Shown here one piece after another: positions 29,488 to 39,791 of a stretch of 64,000 bases of DNA; the first letter of the stretch is position 1; every line of letters begins with the position of its first letter. Made by a program: the position numbers and the translations under genes. The DNA is from Firmicutes bacterium HGW-Firmicutes-11. GTDB taxonomy: Bacteria > Bacillota > Clostridia > Peptostreptococcales > Anaerovoracaceae. The stretch covers positions 7,706 through 71,705 of the forward strand of contig PHAE01000004.1 in assembly GCA_002840285.1 (NCBI GenBank), written 5' to 3'. The notes beneath the pieces are model-generated. The model searched no databases, was not told where the DNA came from, and saw only the letters and a program-made list of their open reading frames with translations.

Positions 29488-30321
29488 ATGAACAAGCAGA
29501 ACATCATCGAAAGCGCTTGCCGTTTTGTCCGGGAATCCAAGGGCAATTACGTCGCAGAAGACATTGCCTTGTCTCCGGATCTGGCGGGAATGAAGATATA
29601 CGAAGACCCCATTTTTGCTTTCGCTACAGCAACCGACGAGGGGTTTTTGAAGCTGAAAGACCCGGTAGCCATCGGAGAACATTTTATGCTACCGGCACAA
29701 TGGCTTCCTCAGGCGAAAACCGTCATTTCTTTCTTTCTTCCCTTTACTGACGTGATCAAAGAAAGCAATGCGATCGACTTCTCATGGCCTTCCGACGAAT
29801 GGCTCCATGGCAGGATCGAGGGGCAGGCATTTTTGATGCAACTGGCGCAGTACATCAAGGGAGAACTGATCCAAGAGGGATATGAGAGCGTCGTGCCGAC
29901 GATGGAGCAGGGTTTCTGGACCCAGTCGATCCCGAAGGAGGGTTCCCCGCATCCGGAAGTGACATTTACCAGCAATTGGTCGGAACGCCACGTGGCATTT
30001 GTCTGCGGTCTTGGCACCTTTGGTCTTTCCAAGGGCCTGATCACTTCCAAAGGGCTATGTGGGAGGTTTGGAAGTATCGTAACGAGCTTGTCGCTTCCGC
30101 CGGATCCAAAGGAATACGAAGAGGTCTACGAATACTGCTCCATGTGCGGGGTCTGTGTCGAAAATTGCCCGGTGGATGCGATCACTCTTGAGAACGGAAA
30201 AGACCACGTCTCTTGTCTTCGTTTTGTCGATGAAACATTGGAAAAGCACGCGCCCAGATATGGTTGCGGGAAATGCCAGATCGGAGTTCCCTGCGAATCC
30301 GGGATCCCTTGCCGGAGATAA
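29488..30321 (+). CDS. QueG/RdhA-like 4Fe-4S protein (epoxyqueuosine reductase family)
   Basis: ATG 29488 preceded by AGCAGAGGA. CSMCGVCVENCP ferredoxin motif and a second Cys cluster CGKCQIGVPC. The core resembles the 25770-26696 product in architecture. Confidence 0.7.
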   Translation: MNKQNIIESACRFVRESKGNYVAEDIALSPDLAGMKIYEDPIFAFATATDEGFLKLKDPVAIGEHFMLPAQWLPQAKTVISFFLPFTDVIKESNAIDFSWPSDEWLHGRIEGQAFLMQLAQYIKGELIQEGYESVVPTMEQGFWTQSIPKEGSPHPEVTFTSNWSERHVAFVCGLGTFGLSKGLITSKGLCGRFGSIVTSLSLPPDPKEYEEVYEYCSMCGVCVENCPVDAITLENGKDHVSCLRFVDETLEKHAPRYGCGKCQIGVPCESGIPCRR

Positions 30322-30328
30322 AGGAAAA

Positions 30329-31033
30329 ATGAAGACGAAACGCAAGGCGCTGAAAGCCGCTTTCTCTATGACGATTCCGGTGATGACCGGCTACCTGGTG
30401 CTCGGCGCCGGGTTTGGAATTTTAATGAGCAGCAAAGGTCTGGCTATCGGTTGGTCAGTCCTGATGAGCGCCGCGGTTTTTGCCGGTTCGCTGCAATATG
30501 TTTCGGTCTCGATTTTGACTGCCGCATTCAACCCTTTGTATGCGCTCATTCTTGCATTGATGATCAATGCCCGGCATCTCTTCTATGGGCTTTCCATGCT
30601 GGAAAAGTACGCAGGGACCGGACGTTTAAAACCTTATCTGGTCTTCGGACTGACTGACGAAACCTTTTCCTTGCTGGTTTCAGGAACGAAGAAGGATGAC
30701 GTAGATTCTCGCTGGTTTTCTTTTTTTGTCACGTTGCTGGGACATGTGTATTGGATCTTGGGGTCCACAATAGGAGCGTTTGCCGGCGCTGTGGTGCGGT
30801 TTGACACCAAAGGGCTGGATTTCGTGCTCACCGCCCTCTTCGTTGTCATTTTTCTCGACCAATGGCGGTATGGGAAACATCACATAGCAGCGATCATCGG
30901 TATCGCAGCAACGATCCTGGGGCTTTTCGTATTTGGGCAAACCAACTTCATGATTCCTTCTCTTCTCCTGATCCTCGGTCTGATCACGATCTTCCGGAAA
31001 ACCATCGACAAGGGAGAGGGGGAGCCACAATGA
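30329..31033 (+). CDS. azlC: AzlC family branched-chain amino acid exporter subunit
   Basis: ATG 30329 preceded by AAAGGAAAA. Pattern IPVMTGYLVLGAGFGIL...GSLQY is typical of AzlC. Followed by an overlapping azlD. Confidence 0.8.
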   Translation: MKTKRKALKAAFSMTIPVMTGYLVLGAGFGILMSSKGLAIGWSVLMSAAVFAGSLQYVSVSILTAAFNPLYALILALMINARHLFYGLSMLEKYAGTGRLKPYLVFGLTDETFSLLVSGTKKDDVDSRWFSFFVTLLGHVYWILGSTIGAFAGAVVRFDTKGLDFVLTALFVVIFLDQWRYGKHHIAAIIGIAATILGLFVFGQTNFMIPSLLLILGLITIFRKTIDKGEGEPQ

Positions 31034-31359
31034 CATCGCTGCAAATGTTCGCTACGATCGCTCTTCTGACCGTTGGAACTGTGGCGACCCGATCCATTCC
31101 TTTTCTGCTCTTTCCCGCCCATCGGGAAACACCGACTTACATTCGGTATCTGGGAAGAGTATTGCCCCGGGCGGTCATCGGTCTTTTGGTGGTGTATTGT
31201 CTCAAGGGGATCGCACCATTGGAGTACCCTTACGGAATGCCGGAGCTGATCGCCATCGCCGTGATCGTGGCGCTGCACTTCTGGAAGAGAAATTCTTTGC
31301 TGTCCATCGGAGCAGGAACTATCGTATATATGATTTTGGTACAACAGGTGTTTCTATGA
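31030..31359 (+). CDS. azlD: AzlD family branched-chain amino acid transport protein
   Basis: 109-aa hydrophobic protein. ATGA start/stop overlap with azlC. The N-terminal pattern ...TRSIPFLLF is typical. Confidence 0.75.
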   Translation: MTSLQMFATIALLTVGTVATRSIPFLLFPAHRETPTYIRYLGRVLPRAVIGLLVVYCLKGIAPLEYPYGMPELIAIAVIVALHFWKRNSLLSIGAGTIVYMILVQQVFL

Positions 31360-31380
31360 TTGTTCAACAGGAGGTTCGAA

Positions 31381-32406
31381 ATGAGATATATTGATTTAAG
31401 AAGTGACACGGTGACCCTGCCAACAGAAGAAATGCGGCAGGCGATGGCCAACGCTGTCGTCGGAGATGACGTGTATGGCGACGATCCCACGGTGAATCAG
31501 CTGGAGGAGTTGGCGGCTCGGAAAGTAGGTAAAGAAGCAGCCCTGTTTGTGCCAAGCGGAACCTTCGGCAACCAGCTCTGTGTTTTGACACATACCAGTC
31601 GTGGAGACGAGATCATACTCGGGGAAGATTGCCACATCACACTTCACGAAGTTGGAGGCACAGCGGTGATTGCCGGAGTACAGCTCCGCACACTTGCCAC
31701 AGAAAACGGCAAGATGGATCCGAAAAAGGTAGAAGCCGCGATTCGTCCGGAAAACGACATCCACTACCCCCATACGGGACTGATCTGTGTGGAAAATGCC
31801 CATGGGGTCGGAACGGCGATTCCCCTCGACAACCTTACATCGATCAAGAAGATCGGAGAAGCGTACGGTATTCCCGTCCATCTGGATGGCGCCAGGATCT
31901 TCAATGCGGCAACTGCCCTCGGGGTTAATGCAAAGGAGATCGCAGCTTGCTGCGACACGCTGATGTTCTGTCTTTCCAAGGGATTGGCGGCGCCGGTCGG
32001 TTCTATGGTTGCAGGATCCAAAAGCTTTATAGATAAGGCCAGAAAAAACCGAAAATTGATGGGCGGCGGCATGCGTCAGGCAGGGATACTGGCGGCGGCT
32101 GGCATCGTCGCGCTGGAAACGATGACCGAACGCCTCGGGGAAGACCACCAGAATGCCGATTATCTTTCTGAGCAACTTGAAAAAATCCCGGGGGTCAAGG
32201 TGAAGACCGACCGCCGGGACATCGACATGGTGTTTTTCGAAATGGGAGAAGATGTGGTTCCGGAACAAAAGCTGGTGGACCATCTGTTTGCCAACGGAAT
32301 CAAGATCAGCGGCACCGAAGATGGAGAATGGCGTTTCGTCACAAACCTGGATGTGTCCAGGTCGGACATCGATTTTGTAATAGAAAAAATCAGAGAATGT
32401 CTGTAA
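31381..32406 (+). CDS. ltaE: low-specificity L-threonine aldolase
   Basis: ATG 31381 preceded by [18 protein letters not shown]...[10 protein letters not shown] and the PLP-lysine region CLSKGL are typical. Confidence 0.85.
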   Translation: MRYIDLRSDTVTLPTEEMRQAMANAVVGDDVYGDDPTVNQLEELAARKVGKEAALFVPSGTFGNQLCVLTHTSRGDEIILGEDCHITLHEVGGTAVIAGVQLRTLATENGKMDPKKVEAAIRPENDIHYPHTGLICVENAHGVGTAIPLDNLTSIKKIGEAYGIPVHLDGARIFNAATALGVNAKEIAACCDTLMFCLSKGLAAPVGSMVAGSKSFIDKARKNRKLMGGGMRQAGILAAAGIVALETMTERLGEDHQNADYLSEQLEKIPGVKVKTDRRDIDMVFFEMGEDVVPEQKLVDHLFANGIKISGTEDGEWRFVTNLDVSRSDIDFVIEKIRECL

Positions 32407-34378
32407 GCTCACGTAGCCAATCACTGACATCCGCATCGCTGGGCATTCTCCAGTCGCCTCTGGGCGAAAGACTGACCGAGCCGATCTTGGGGCCGTCAGG
32501 AGATGCGCTTCGTTTGAACTGTTGGGAGAAGAACCGGCGGTAGAACAGGGTCAGCCACTTTTTCAAAGTTGCTGCGTCATAATCGTCCTGGAAAGCGATC
32601 CCGGCAAGTGCAAGTAGCTTGGCGGGATTTGTGCCGTATCGGATCGTATGGTACAAGAAGAAGTCGTGAAGGATGTAAGGCCCCACTTTGTCTTCGGTGA
32701 TCTGGGTGATTTGTCCCTCGTCTCCGGGAGGCAGCAACTCGGGAGAAATGGGGGTATCCAAAACTCCTTGAAGAGCAGCTGCGAGAGCAGCATTGTCTTT
32801 GCAAAAACCTTTTTCCTCTTCCGGACCGGTAAGAAGTGTTTCCATCACCCAGCGGACGATGATACGCACCAGGGTTTTGGGGATCCCTCCATTCACATTG
32901 TACATCGACATGTGGTCGCCGTTGTAAGTGCACCAACCGAGCGCCAACTCAGACAGGTCTCCGGTACCGATCTGGAGGCCGTTTTCTTTATTGGCCAGAT
33001 CCATCAGGATCTGGGTCCTTTCTCTTGCCTGCGCATTTTCAAATACCTGATCGTGTACGTCCGGATCGTGACCGATATCCTTGAAATGCTGAAGAACGGC
33101 TTCGGAGATCGGGATCTCTCTGCGGTCCACACCAAGGGCATCCATGATATCAGTTGCATTGTTGTAGGTTTGATCCGTCGTTCCAAACCCAGGCATGGTG
33201 ACCGCAATGATATCTTTTGGGTCTTTGTTCAACAGCTTGAAGGTCTCGACGACCACCAACAGCGCCAAGGTGGAGTCCAACCCTCCGGATATACCGATGA
33301 TGGCCTTGCTCGACCCGGTGTGGGAGAGACGTTTGGCCAGCGCAGCGGTCTGTATTGCGAAGGATTCCCGGCAGTTGGCATCCAACTGTGCTTTGTCATG
33401 GGGGATAAAGGGTGTTTTTGTGTAGCTCCTGGACACCCTGTCCGCCGTCGAGATGACCGGCAGGGGATCCAGCGAGACATTGGTGTAGAGTGTCGTGTCA
33501 TTGTAATAAGATGCGCATTGCTCAAAGCCCTGCACATAGGATCTCTCGCTCTTGATCCGGTCGAAGTCGATGTCGGCATAGATAATAGAACGTTCTCTCC
33601 CAAAACGACGACTCTGCTCCAGCAGGACGCCGTTTTCCGCAATCATACAATGACCGCCGAAGACCAGATCGGTGGTGGACTCATGGACGCCGGAAGAAGA
33701 ATAAATGTATCCACAAAAGCAATCGGTGCTTTTTTGTTTCACCAAGGCTTGCCGGTATTCGGATTTGCCTACCAGTTCATCGCTGGCAGAGGGATTGCAG
33801 ATGATGTGGGCTCCTGCCAAGGACAGGCGGGCGCCGGGACTGATCGGAACAAAAAGATCCTGGCAGATCTCTACCGCAAGTTTCAACTCGTGGGCACTGT
33901 CTTCAAACAGGAGATTCCCGAAGGGAACAAAGTTTCCAAGCAAGTACACGGAATCGACCTTTCCCGCCGCATCCAGGCCGGAAGCAAACCAACGGGCTTC
34001 GTAATACTCTCTCGCATTTGGCAGAAACATTTTAGGGACAACACCCTTCAGTTCACCTCTTTGGATCACGGCAGCGCAGTTGTACAGACTGTTTTCCACC
34101 CGCAAGTAGAAGCCAAGTACGACGATGCCGGGCAACTGCGTGGTGGAAGCCACGATCCGCTCCAATTGAATCAACTGATTTCGGTACAGGATATCTTGAA
34201 AAAAAAGATCCCCGCAGGTGTAGCCGGTGATACACAGTTCTGGAAGGACGATGATGGAAGCGCCACCCTCGTGAGCCTGCTGTATGCTTGCAATGATCTC
34301 GTCGGTGTTGAACTTCGTATTTGCCACTCGAATGACCGGCGTGACAGCAGCTCCCCGGATCAGTCCCAGATGTTCCAT
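32390..34378 (-). CDS. nadE: NAD+ synthase, glutamine-dependent (long form: nitrilase-like domain plus synthetase domain)
   Basis: 662 aa. N-terminal CN-hydrolase domain (catalytic E and C context) and C-terminal ATP-PPase motif SGGLDS. Confidence 0.9.
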   Translation of the reverse strand: MEHLGLIRGAAVTPVIRVANTKFNTDEIIASIQQAHEGGASIIVLPELCITGYTCGDLFFQDILYRNQLIQLERIVASTTQLPGIVVLGFYLRVENSLYNCAAVIQRGELKGVVPKMFLPNAREYYEARWFASGLDAAGKVDSVYLLGNFVPFGNLLFEDSAHELKLAVEICQDLFVPISPGARLSLAGAHIICNPSASDELVGKSEYRQALVKQKSTDCFCGYIYSSSGVHESTTDLVFGGHCMIAENGVLLEQSRRFGRERSIIYADIDFDRIKSERSYVQGFEQCASYYNDTTLYTNVSLDPLPVISTADRVSRSYTKTPFIPHDKAQLDANCRESFAIQTAALAKRLSHTGSSKAIIGISGGLDSTLALLVVVETFKLLNKDPKDIIAVTMPGFGTTDQTYNNATDIMDALGVDRREIPISEAVLQHFKDIGHDPDVHDQVFENAQARERTQILMDLANKENGLQIGTGDLSELALGWCTYNGDHMSMYNVNGGIPKTLVRIIVRWVMETLLTGPEEEKGFCKDNAALAAALQGVLDTPISPELLPPGDEGQITQITEDKVGPYILHDFFLYHTIRYGTNPAKLLALAGIAFQDDYDAATLKKWLTLFYRRFFSQQFKRSASPDGPKIGSVSLSPRGDWRMPSDADVSDWLRELTDIL

Positions 34379-34524
34379 GGTGATCGCCTCCTTTGGTTTT
34401 TCTTATTATATAACGAAATCTATTCCAAGTACAGCCGGAGAACGACAGAAAATGTCGAAGAAAAAGTCGCGACTGAACCGGGTTTTAGTATATAATGGCA
34501 AGTAGGAAATTGGAGGAGGACGAC

Positions 34525-35514
34525 ATGAAAGAGAGTTATATCAGCTTTTTGACCACCGATGGAGAGGTTCAGGATTACTTTCTGGTCAAATCCATCGCCG
34601 TCAAGCTGGGATCGAATAAGAAACAATACCTGGATCTTCTTCTTGGAGACAGTACAGGGGAAGTCACAGCAAAAAAATGGGATGTTGCGGACACAGAACT
34701 GCCATCTCTTGATGGGATCAAGACAGGGGATATCGTTAAAGTCAAAGCGTTGGTCACGGAGTGGAACGGCCTGAAACAGCTTCGGGTGCAGAAGATCAGA
34801 AAAGCAGTGGACCAGGACGAGGTTTCAATGGAAGACTTCATCAAATCCGCCCCGGAAAAATCGGAAGACATGATGGCATTCCTAGAAGCGGCAGTGTCGA
34901 TCATGGTCGATGAGGATCTCAAACGTCTCTGCGGCAGGATACTGACGGACAACCGGGAAAAGCTGATGTACTATCCTGCCGCCATGAAGAACCATCATGC
35001 GGAAATGGGCGGATTGCTCTATCATATGAAGCGCATGGTGGCGATGGGCGAACGCTATTGTGAAGTCTATCCGAATCTGAATCGGGACCTGGTCGTGACC
35101 GGTGTGCTCATCCACGACATCGAAAAGTTGAATGAGATCGACTCCGACGAGACCGGGATCGCCAGCGGATATTCCTTCGAAGGAAAACTCCTGGGACATC
35201 TGGTACAGGGAGTCAAAACCATTGATCGGCTGGCAGAGGACCTGGGCATCGAGAAGGAAAAATCCGTGATGCTGGAGCATATGATCCTTTCACACCATTA
35301 CCACCCGGAGTTTGGAAGCCCGAAACGGCCGATGTTCCCGGAGGCGGAGATCCTTCATTACTTGGATATCGTCGATGCGAGGATGTATGATATGGAGGAG
35401 GCGCTGCTCTCCACCGAACCCGGGGCGTTCTCGGAACGCGTCTGGACGTTGGACAACCGGCAAGTATACAAGCCAATGGGCAAGGAGGACGTCGATGTTT
35501 CGTCTGCCGAGTGA
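34525..35514 (+). CDS. yhaM: 3'-5' exoribonuclease YhaM (OB-fold plus HD domain)
   Basis: ATG 34525 preceded by GGAGGAGG. OB-fold N-terminus and HD-domain motifs (HH...GGLLYH, HDIEK, SHH). Confidence 0.8.
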   Translation: MKESYISFLTTDGEVQDYFLVKSIAVKLGSNKKQYLDLLLGDSTGEVTAKKWDVADTELPSLDGIKTGDIVKVKALVTEWNGLKQLRVQKIRKAVDQDEVSMEDFIKSAPEKSEDMMAFLEAAVSIMVDEDLKRLCGRILTDNREKLMYYPAAMKNHHAEMGGLLYHMKRMVAMGERYCEVYPNLNRDLVVTGVLIHDIEKLNEIDSDETGIASGYSFEGKLLGHLVQGVKTIDRLAEDLGIEKEKSVMLEHMILSHHYHPEFGSPKRPMFPEAEILHYLDIVDARMYDMEEALLSTEPGAFSERVWTLDNRQVYKPMGKEDVDVSSAE

Positions 35515-36769
35515 GATCAAACGAATTTTCGAAGTATTGGAAGGTGACGGACACCAGGTCTATCTGGTCGGTGGCAGTGTACGAGATGCCTTGCTTGGAC
35601 TGGAACCGGAAGATTGGGATCTGGCCAGCGACGCAGCTCCGGAGCGGGTGGCCGAGTTGTTCGACGTTGCTTCGTTTCAAGGGGACCGGTATGGTGTCGT
35701 AAAAGTAAAAGTGAAGGCTCTGGAAGCCGAAGTTGCAGCGATGCGGATCGATGGCGTGTATTCCGATCGACGCAGACCGGACACCGTAACTTTTACCGAT
35801 GACATTAAAAAAGATCTTGCCCGCAGAGATTTCACCATCAATGCCATGGCCTACCACCCGGCCACCGGACTGATAGATCCTTATGGCGGTAAAAAGGACA
35901 TCGACCAGAAGCTGATTCGAATGGTGGGAGATCCGATCGTGCGTCTTGCGGAGGATCCGCTCCGAATCTTGCGGGGATTGCGTCTGGCAGGCCAGTTGGA
36001 TTTCGATGTCGAGCGCGCCACCTTTGATGCGATGAAGGAAAATGCTCCCCATCTGACGGAAATCAGCATGGATCGTCGCAGAGGTGAGTTTGAACGACTT
36101 CTCGTCACGAAGCAAACGGGAAAGGCGTTGCGGATGTGCGCAGCCGCTGATGTTCTGCCAGCGTTGTTTGGAGACTGTTATCCGCCGAAGGGCAGACAAA
36201 GCATGGGAGATCTCTCGGTGTTGCTGCAAGAGATCGACCAGTCAAGACCAAGAGTCGATCTTCGAATGGCTTTGCTGCTGCTTTGTTTCGACAAGAAGAA
36301 AGCGAGAAAAGCGATCCGGGATCTGGAGTTTGACAGAGAAACCACCAGGCGCTTGGAAGCCTCGCTGGACCTGCTGGATGAGTTATATTTTTCTACAGAA
36401 AAATATTTATTGAAGAGGTTCATCTACCTGAACGGCATGGACATTTACGAATTCCTGGAGTCATTGGCAAAACAGCATCGGGATGTCTATGATGTTCCCG
36501 GCTACCGGATCGAAAGCCGGTATTATCTGTTAGACCACATCAAAAAGAGCAGAGAGCCGCTGTTTCTGGAAGATCTTGCCATCAATGGCGACGATCTGGT
36601 GGAAGCGGGGATCGTCACCGGTGAACAGGTCGGGGAGATGCTACAAATGTTGCTGGACGTCGCTCACAGACTCCCGGGCCTCAATACGAAAAAGAAACTT
36701 CTGCAGCGGGCAAAGATGCTGAAGAATCCCATACGCGCCAAGCTTCGCAACATCTATTTTATCAAATGA
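35495..36769 (+). CDS. cca: CCA tRNA nucleotidyltransferase
   Basis: ATG 35495 overlaps the yhaM end by 20 nt. Motifs YLVGGSVRD, DWD, RRDFTINAM. Confidence 0.85.
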   Translation: MFRLPSEIKRIFEVLEGDGHQVYLVGGSVRDALLGLEPEDWDLASDAAPERVAELFDVASFQGDRYGVVKVKVKALEAEVAAMRIDGVYSDRRRPDTVTFTDDIKKDLARRDFTINAMAYHPATGLIDPYGGKKDIDQKLIRMVGDPIVRLAEDPLRILRGLRLAGQLDFDVERATFDAMKENAPHLTEISMDRRRGEFERLLVTKQTGKALRMCAAADVLPALFGDCYPPKGRQSMGDLSVLLQEIDQSRPRVDLRMALLLLCFDKKKARKAIRDLEFDRETTRRLEASLDLLDELYFSTEKYLLKRFIYLNGMDIYEFLESLAKQHRDVYDVPGYRIESRYYLLDHIKKSREPLFLEDLAINGDDLVEAGIVTGEQVGEMLQMLLDVAHRLPGLNTKKKLLQRAKMLKNPIRAKLRNIYFIK

Positions 36770-36776
36770 GGAGACC

Positions 36777-39032
36777 ATGGAAGAGAAGCGGGGCACACTT
36801 TCTGAAGTGATCTACCACAATCGTGACAATGGCTATACCATCGCTGTTGTGGAAAACGACGAGGTGGATCCACCGGAACAATTTACAGCAGTCGGATATC
36901 TGCCGTCGCCGGACAGGGGGCGGGTTTTTATATTTGAAGGAGCGTGGAAGACCCACCCAAGCTACGGCGAACAATTTTCTTTTCAGTCGTATCGGGAAGA
37001 AATGCCACAGACCGTCACCGGGATCGAGGGGTTCCTGTCCTCCGGCATACTAAAGGGCATTGGAAAGAAAACCGCCGCAGCTATCGTACAGCGCTTTGGC
37101 GAAGATGCGCTTACGATCATCGAACGGGAACCGGATCGGCTGACTGAAGTCGACGGGATCGGCAAAGTGAAAGCGGCATCGATTGCTGAAGCGTTTGAGC
37201 ATCACAGGGAATTCGCCGCGATCGTGCTTTACTTTCAACAGTACGGGATCGCTGCGGGGCTTGCGATGAAGCTGTATAAGGTTTACGGCAAAGAAACCAT
37301 CAAAGCGGTTGAAGAGAACCCTTACCAGTTGGTCGACGACATCTTCGGGATCGGGTTTCGCAAAGCGGATCGGATCGCAGAGAAGTTGGGACGGGATCCC
37401 AATTCGCCGTACCGGTTGAAAAGCGGGATATTGTTCACCCTATGGACCTTTGCAAATGAAGGACATTCTTTCGTGCCGCAAAAGCAGCTGTGCGAAACTG
37501 CCGGTGAGCTGATGGAGGTCGCAACCGGTGAGGTGTACGATCAGATCGTACAGATGGCCTTTGAAGGCGACCTGCACATCGAAACCCTGGAAGGCCGGTC
37601 GGTGGTCTACCTGATCCACTTTTATCTGGCGGAACAGGGCGTTTGCAGAAAACTGATCGAATTGGAAAGTTCCCTCCTCAAACCGGTCCACGCGGAGATC
37701 GACCGACTGATCCATGCGACCGAGAAGGAAACCGGCATCGAGCTGTCAGAGAATCAGAAGCTCGCCGTGAAGGCCTCGCTTGAGAGGGGAGTCACTGTGA
37801 TCACTGGTGGACCGGGCACGGGAAAGACGACGATCATCAACACTATCATGGCGATTTTCCGTCACAGCGGCATTTCTGCGGCGATCGCAGCGCCAACAGG
37901 ACGGGCAGCCAAGCGAATAACAGAGACCTCCGGACACCCGGCGTCCACTATCCATCGTCTTCTGGAGTACTATTATTCCGAGGGAGACGACGGGATGCGC
38001 TTCGGTAAGAATCAAGAGGACCCACTAAACTGGGATGCGGTCATCATCGACGAAGCATCGATGATCGACATTCTATTGATGAAGGGTCTTGCAGATGCGC
38101 TGAAGGCCGGAACCAGACTCATTCTGGTTGGGGACGCGGACCAGTTGCCATCGGTCGGCCCGGGAAATGTGCTTCGCGACATCATCGCAAGCGAGATCTT
38201 ATCCGCCATCAAGCTGACGGAAATTTTCCGCCAAGCCAAGGAAAGCATGATCGTGGTCAATGCCCACAGGATCGACCGGGGAGACTACCCGGAAGTCAAT
38301 GAAAAAGACAAGGATTTTTTTCTTCTTCGTCGCAAAGGGGAAAAGGAAATGCTTGCCACCATCAAGGATCTTTGCCTTCGCCGTCTGCCAACTCATTTTG
38401 AAAACTGTGATGTGTTAAGAGATGTTCAGATCCTCACGCCGGTCCGTAAAGGACTGTTGGGATGCATTCAACTGAATCGGGAACTGCAGCAGATACTGAA
38501 TCCTCCTTCTCCAGAAAAAAAGGAAAAGCAGATCAACGACCGAATCTTTCGAGAGGGAGACAAGGTCATGCAGATCCGAAACAACTATCAGCTGGAATGG
38601 AAGCGGGTCGATGATTTTACCGATGGGCAAGGGATGTTCAACGGCGACAGCGGCTTTATCAAGACCATCGACACCGAGTTCGGAGAATTGACCGTAGTCT
38701 ATGACGACAACAAGTACGTGACCTATGAATTTACCCAACTGGACGAGTTGGAACTTGCCTATGCGATCACCGTTCACAAGAGCCAGGGAAGCGAGTTTCC
38801 TATCGTGATCCTTCCCGTGACATGGTTCCCCCCGATGCTGGCAACCCGAAATCTGCTATATACTGCTGTGACACGGGCAAAAGAAACTGTGATTTTGGTC
38901 GGCTCGGAGGACAAGATGAGGGGGATGGTCGACAACAATCCGATCATTGAGCGATACTCTGGCCTGCGGCCAAGGCTTCATGCGTTTCTGCCAAAAGGAG
39001 GGGACGATCTCGGCATATTTCGACAAAAATAG
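36777..39032 (+). CDS. recD2: ATP-dependent RecD-like DNA helicase (RecD2, SF1B)
   Basis: 751 aa. HhH N-terminal region, Walker A GGPGTGKTT, DEASM Walker B, and C-terminal SH3-like plus TVHKSQGSE motif. Confidence 0.9.
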   Translation: MEEKRGTLSEVIYHNRDNGYTIAVVENDEVDPPEQFTAVGYLPSPDRGRVFIFEGAWKTHPSYGEQFSFQSYREEMPQTVTGIEGFLSSGILKGIGKKTAAAIVQRFGEDALTIIEREPDRLTEVDGIGKVKAASIAEAFEHHREFAAIVLYFQQYGIAAGLAMKLYKVYGKETIKAVEENPYQLVDDIFGIGFRKADRIAEKLGRDPNSPYRLKSGILFTLWTFANEGHSFVPQKQLCETAGELMEVATGEVYDQIVQMAFEGDLHIETLEGRSVVYLIHFYLAEQGVCRKLIELESSLLKPVHAEIDRLIHATEKETGIELSENQKLAVKASLERGVTVITGGPGTGKTTIINTIMAIFRHSGISAAIAAPTGRAAKRITETSGHPASTIHRLLEYYYSEGDDGMRFGKNQEDPLNWDAVIIDEASMIDILLMKGLADALKAGTRLILVGDADQLPSVGPGNVLRDIIASEILSAIKLTEIFRQAKESMIVVNAHRIDRGDYPEVNEKDKDFFLLRRKGEKEMLATIKDLCLRRLPTHFENCDVLRDVQILTPVRKGLLGCIQLNRELQQILNPPSPEKKEKQINDRIFREGDKVMQIRNNYQLEWKRVDDFTDGQGMFNGDSGFIKTIDTEFGELTVVYDDNKYVTYEFTQLDELELAYAITVHKSQGSEFPIVILPVTWFPPMLATRNLLYTAVTRAKETVILVGSEDKMRGMVDNNPIIERYSGLRPRLHAFLPKGGDDLGIFRQK

Positions 39033-39042
39033 GATCGAAGCG

Positions 39043-39780
39043 ATGTGGAAGCACGGCTGGGATCTGGTGTTTCCCTCTGATTTGTACTGCATCTCCTGCG
39101 GAAAGCCGGTCAAAAGAGGAACGCCGTACGCGCTCTGCAACGGCTGCGTTCGAAGATTGCACTGGGTTGGAGCGGAAGCATGCGGTCGCTGCGGGAAACC
39201 GTTGCGGGCCATCGGGATGGGACAACTCTGCAATGACTGCATCGACGCGGTCAGGGAATTTCAAACCGGGACGACCTGCACCCGGTACGGCTTCGAAGAA
39301 CGCGAGCTCATTCATCGGTTCAAATATCAGAATAAGCATTATTACAGCGAACCCTTGGCTTCACTGATGTATGAGAGACTTCTTGTAGAGGCGCTTACCT
39401 TCGATCTGGTGGTGCCGGTTCCAATGCACAAGACGAAGGAGAGGACGCGAGGATATAATCAGGCGGCATTGCTTTCAACCGCTTTGAGCAAGCGATCCGG
39501 ACACCCGGTGAAGACAGATCTGCTTCTCAAGAGTTCGAATACAGTGCCTTTCAGTCAACTCAGCGCAGAGGAGCGAAGAACCGTAAGCGATGGCGCCTAC
39601 CGGGTGAATCAGAAATGGGCGCACCTGCTCCCAGGCAAGGCGGTACTGCTGATCGACGATGTCTTTACCACGGGCAGCACGGCAAATGCCTGCAGCAAAG
39701 CATTGAAGGATGGCGGATCGGATCGGGTTTTCGTAATGACATTTTCCGCAGGAATCGATCCTTCGGTGATGCAATTGTGA
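39043..39780 (+). CDS. comFC: ComF family protein (ComFC; zinc finger plus phosphoribosyltransferase domain)
   Basis: ATG 39043. Two CxxC pairs at the N-terminus and PRTase motif LLIDDVFTTGST. Confidence 0.8.
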   Translation: MWKHGWDLVFPSDLYCISCGKPVKRGTPYALCNGCVRRLHWVGAEACGRCGKPLRAIGMGQLCNDCIDAVREFQTGTTCTRYGFEERELIHRFKYQNKHYYSEPLASLMYERLLVEALTFDLVVPVPMHKTKERTRGYNQAALLSTALSKRSGHPVKTDLLLKSSNTVPFSQLSAEERRTVSDGAYRVNQKWAHLLPGKAVLLIDDVFTTGSTANACSKALKDGGSDRVFVMTFSAGIDPSVMQL

Positions 39781-39791
39781 TACAATGAAGT

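Noticed and set aside
32648-34495. 615-aa ORF on the + strand, the longest unexplained ORF in the track
   Set aside because: It is exactly antisense to nadE, whose product has unmistakable NAD synthetase motifs. The antisense translation is low-complexity (Gly/Arg/Val/Asp-rich) with no motifs. It is a shadow ORF caused by codon bias. The same applies to 6056-7378(-), 31396-32436(-), 35213-36229(-), 20030-20854(-), 43261-44115(-), 44438-45250(-), 56711-57352(-) and 62617-63153(-).
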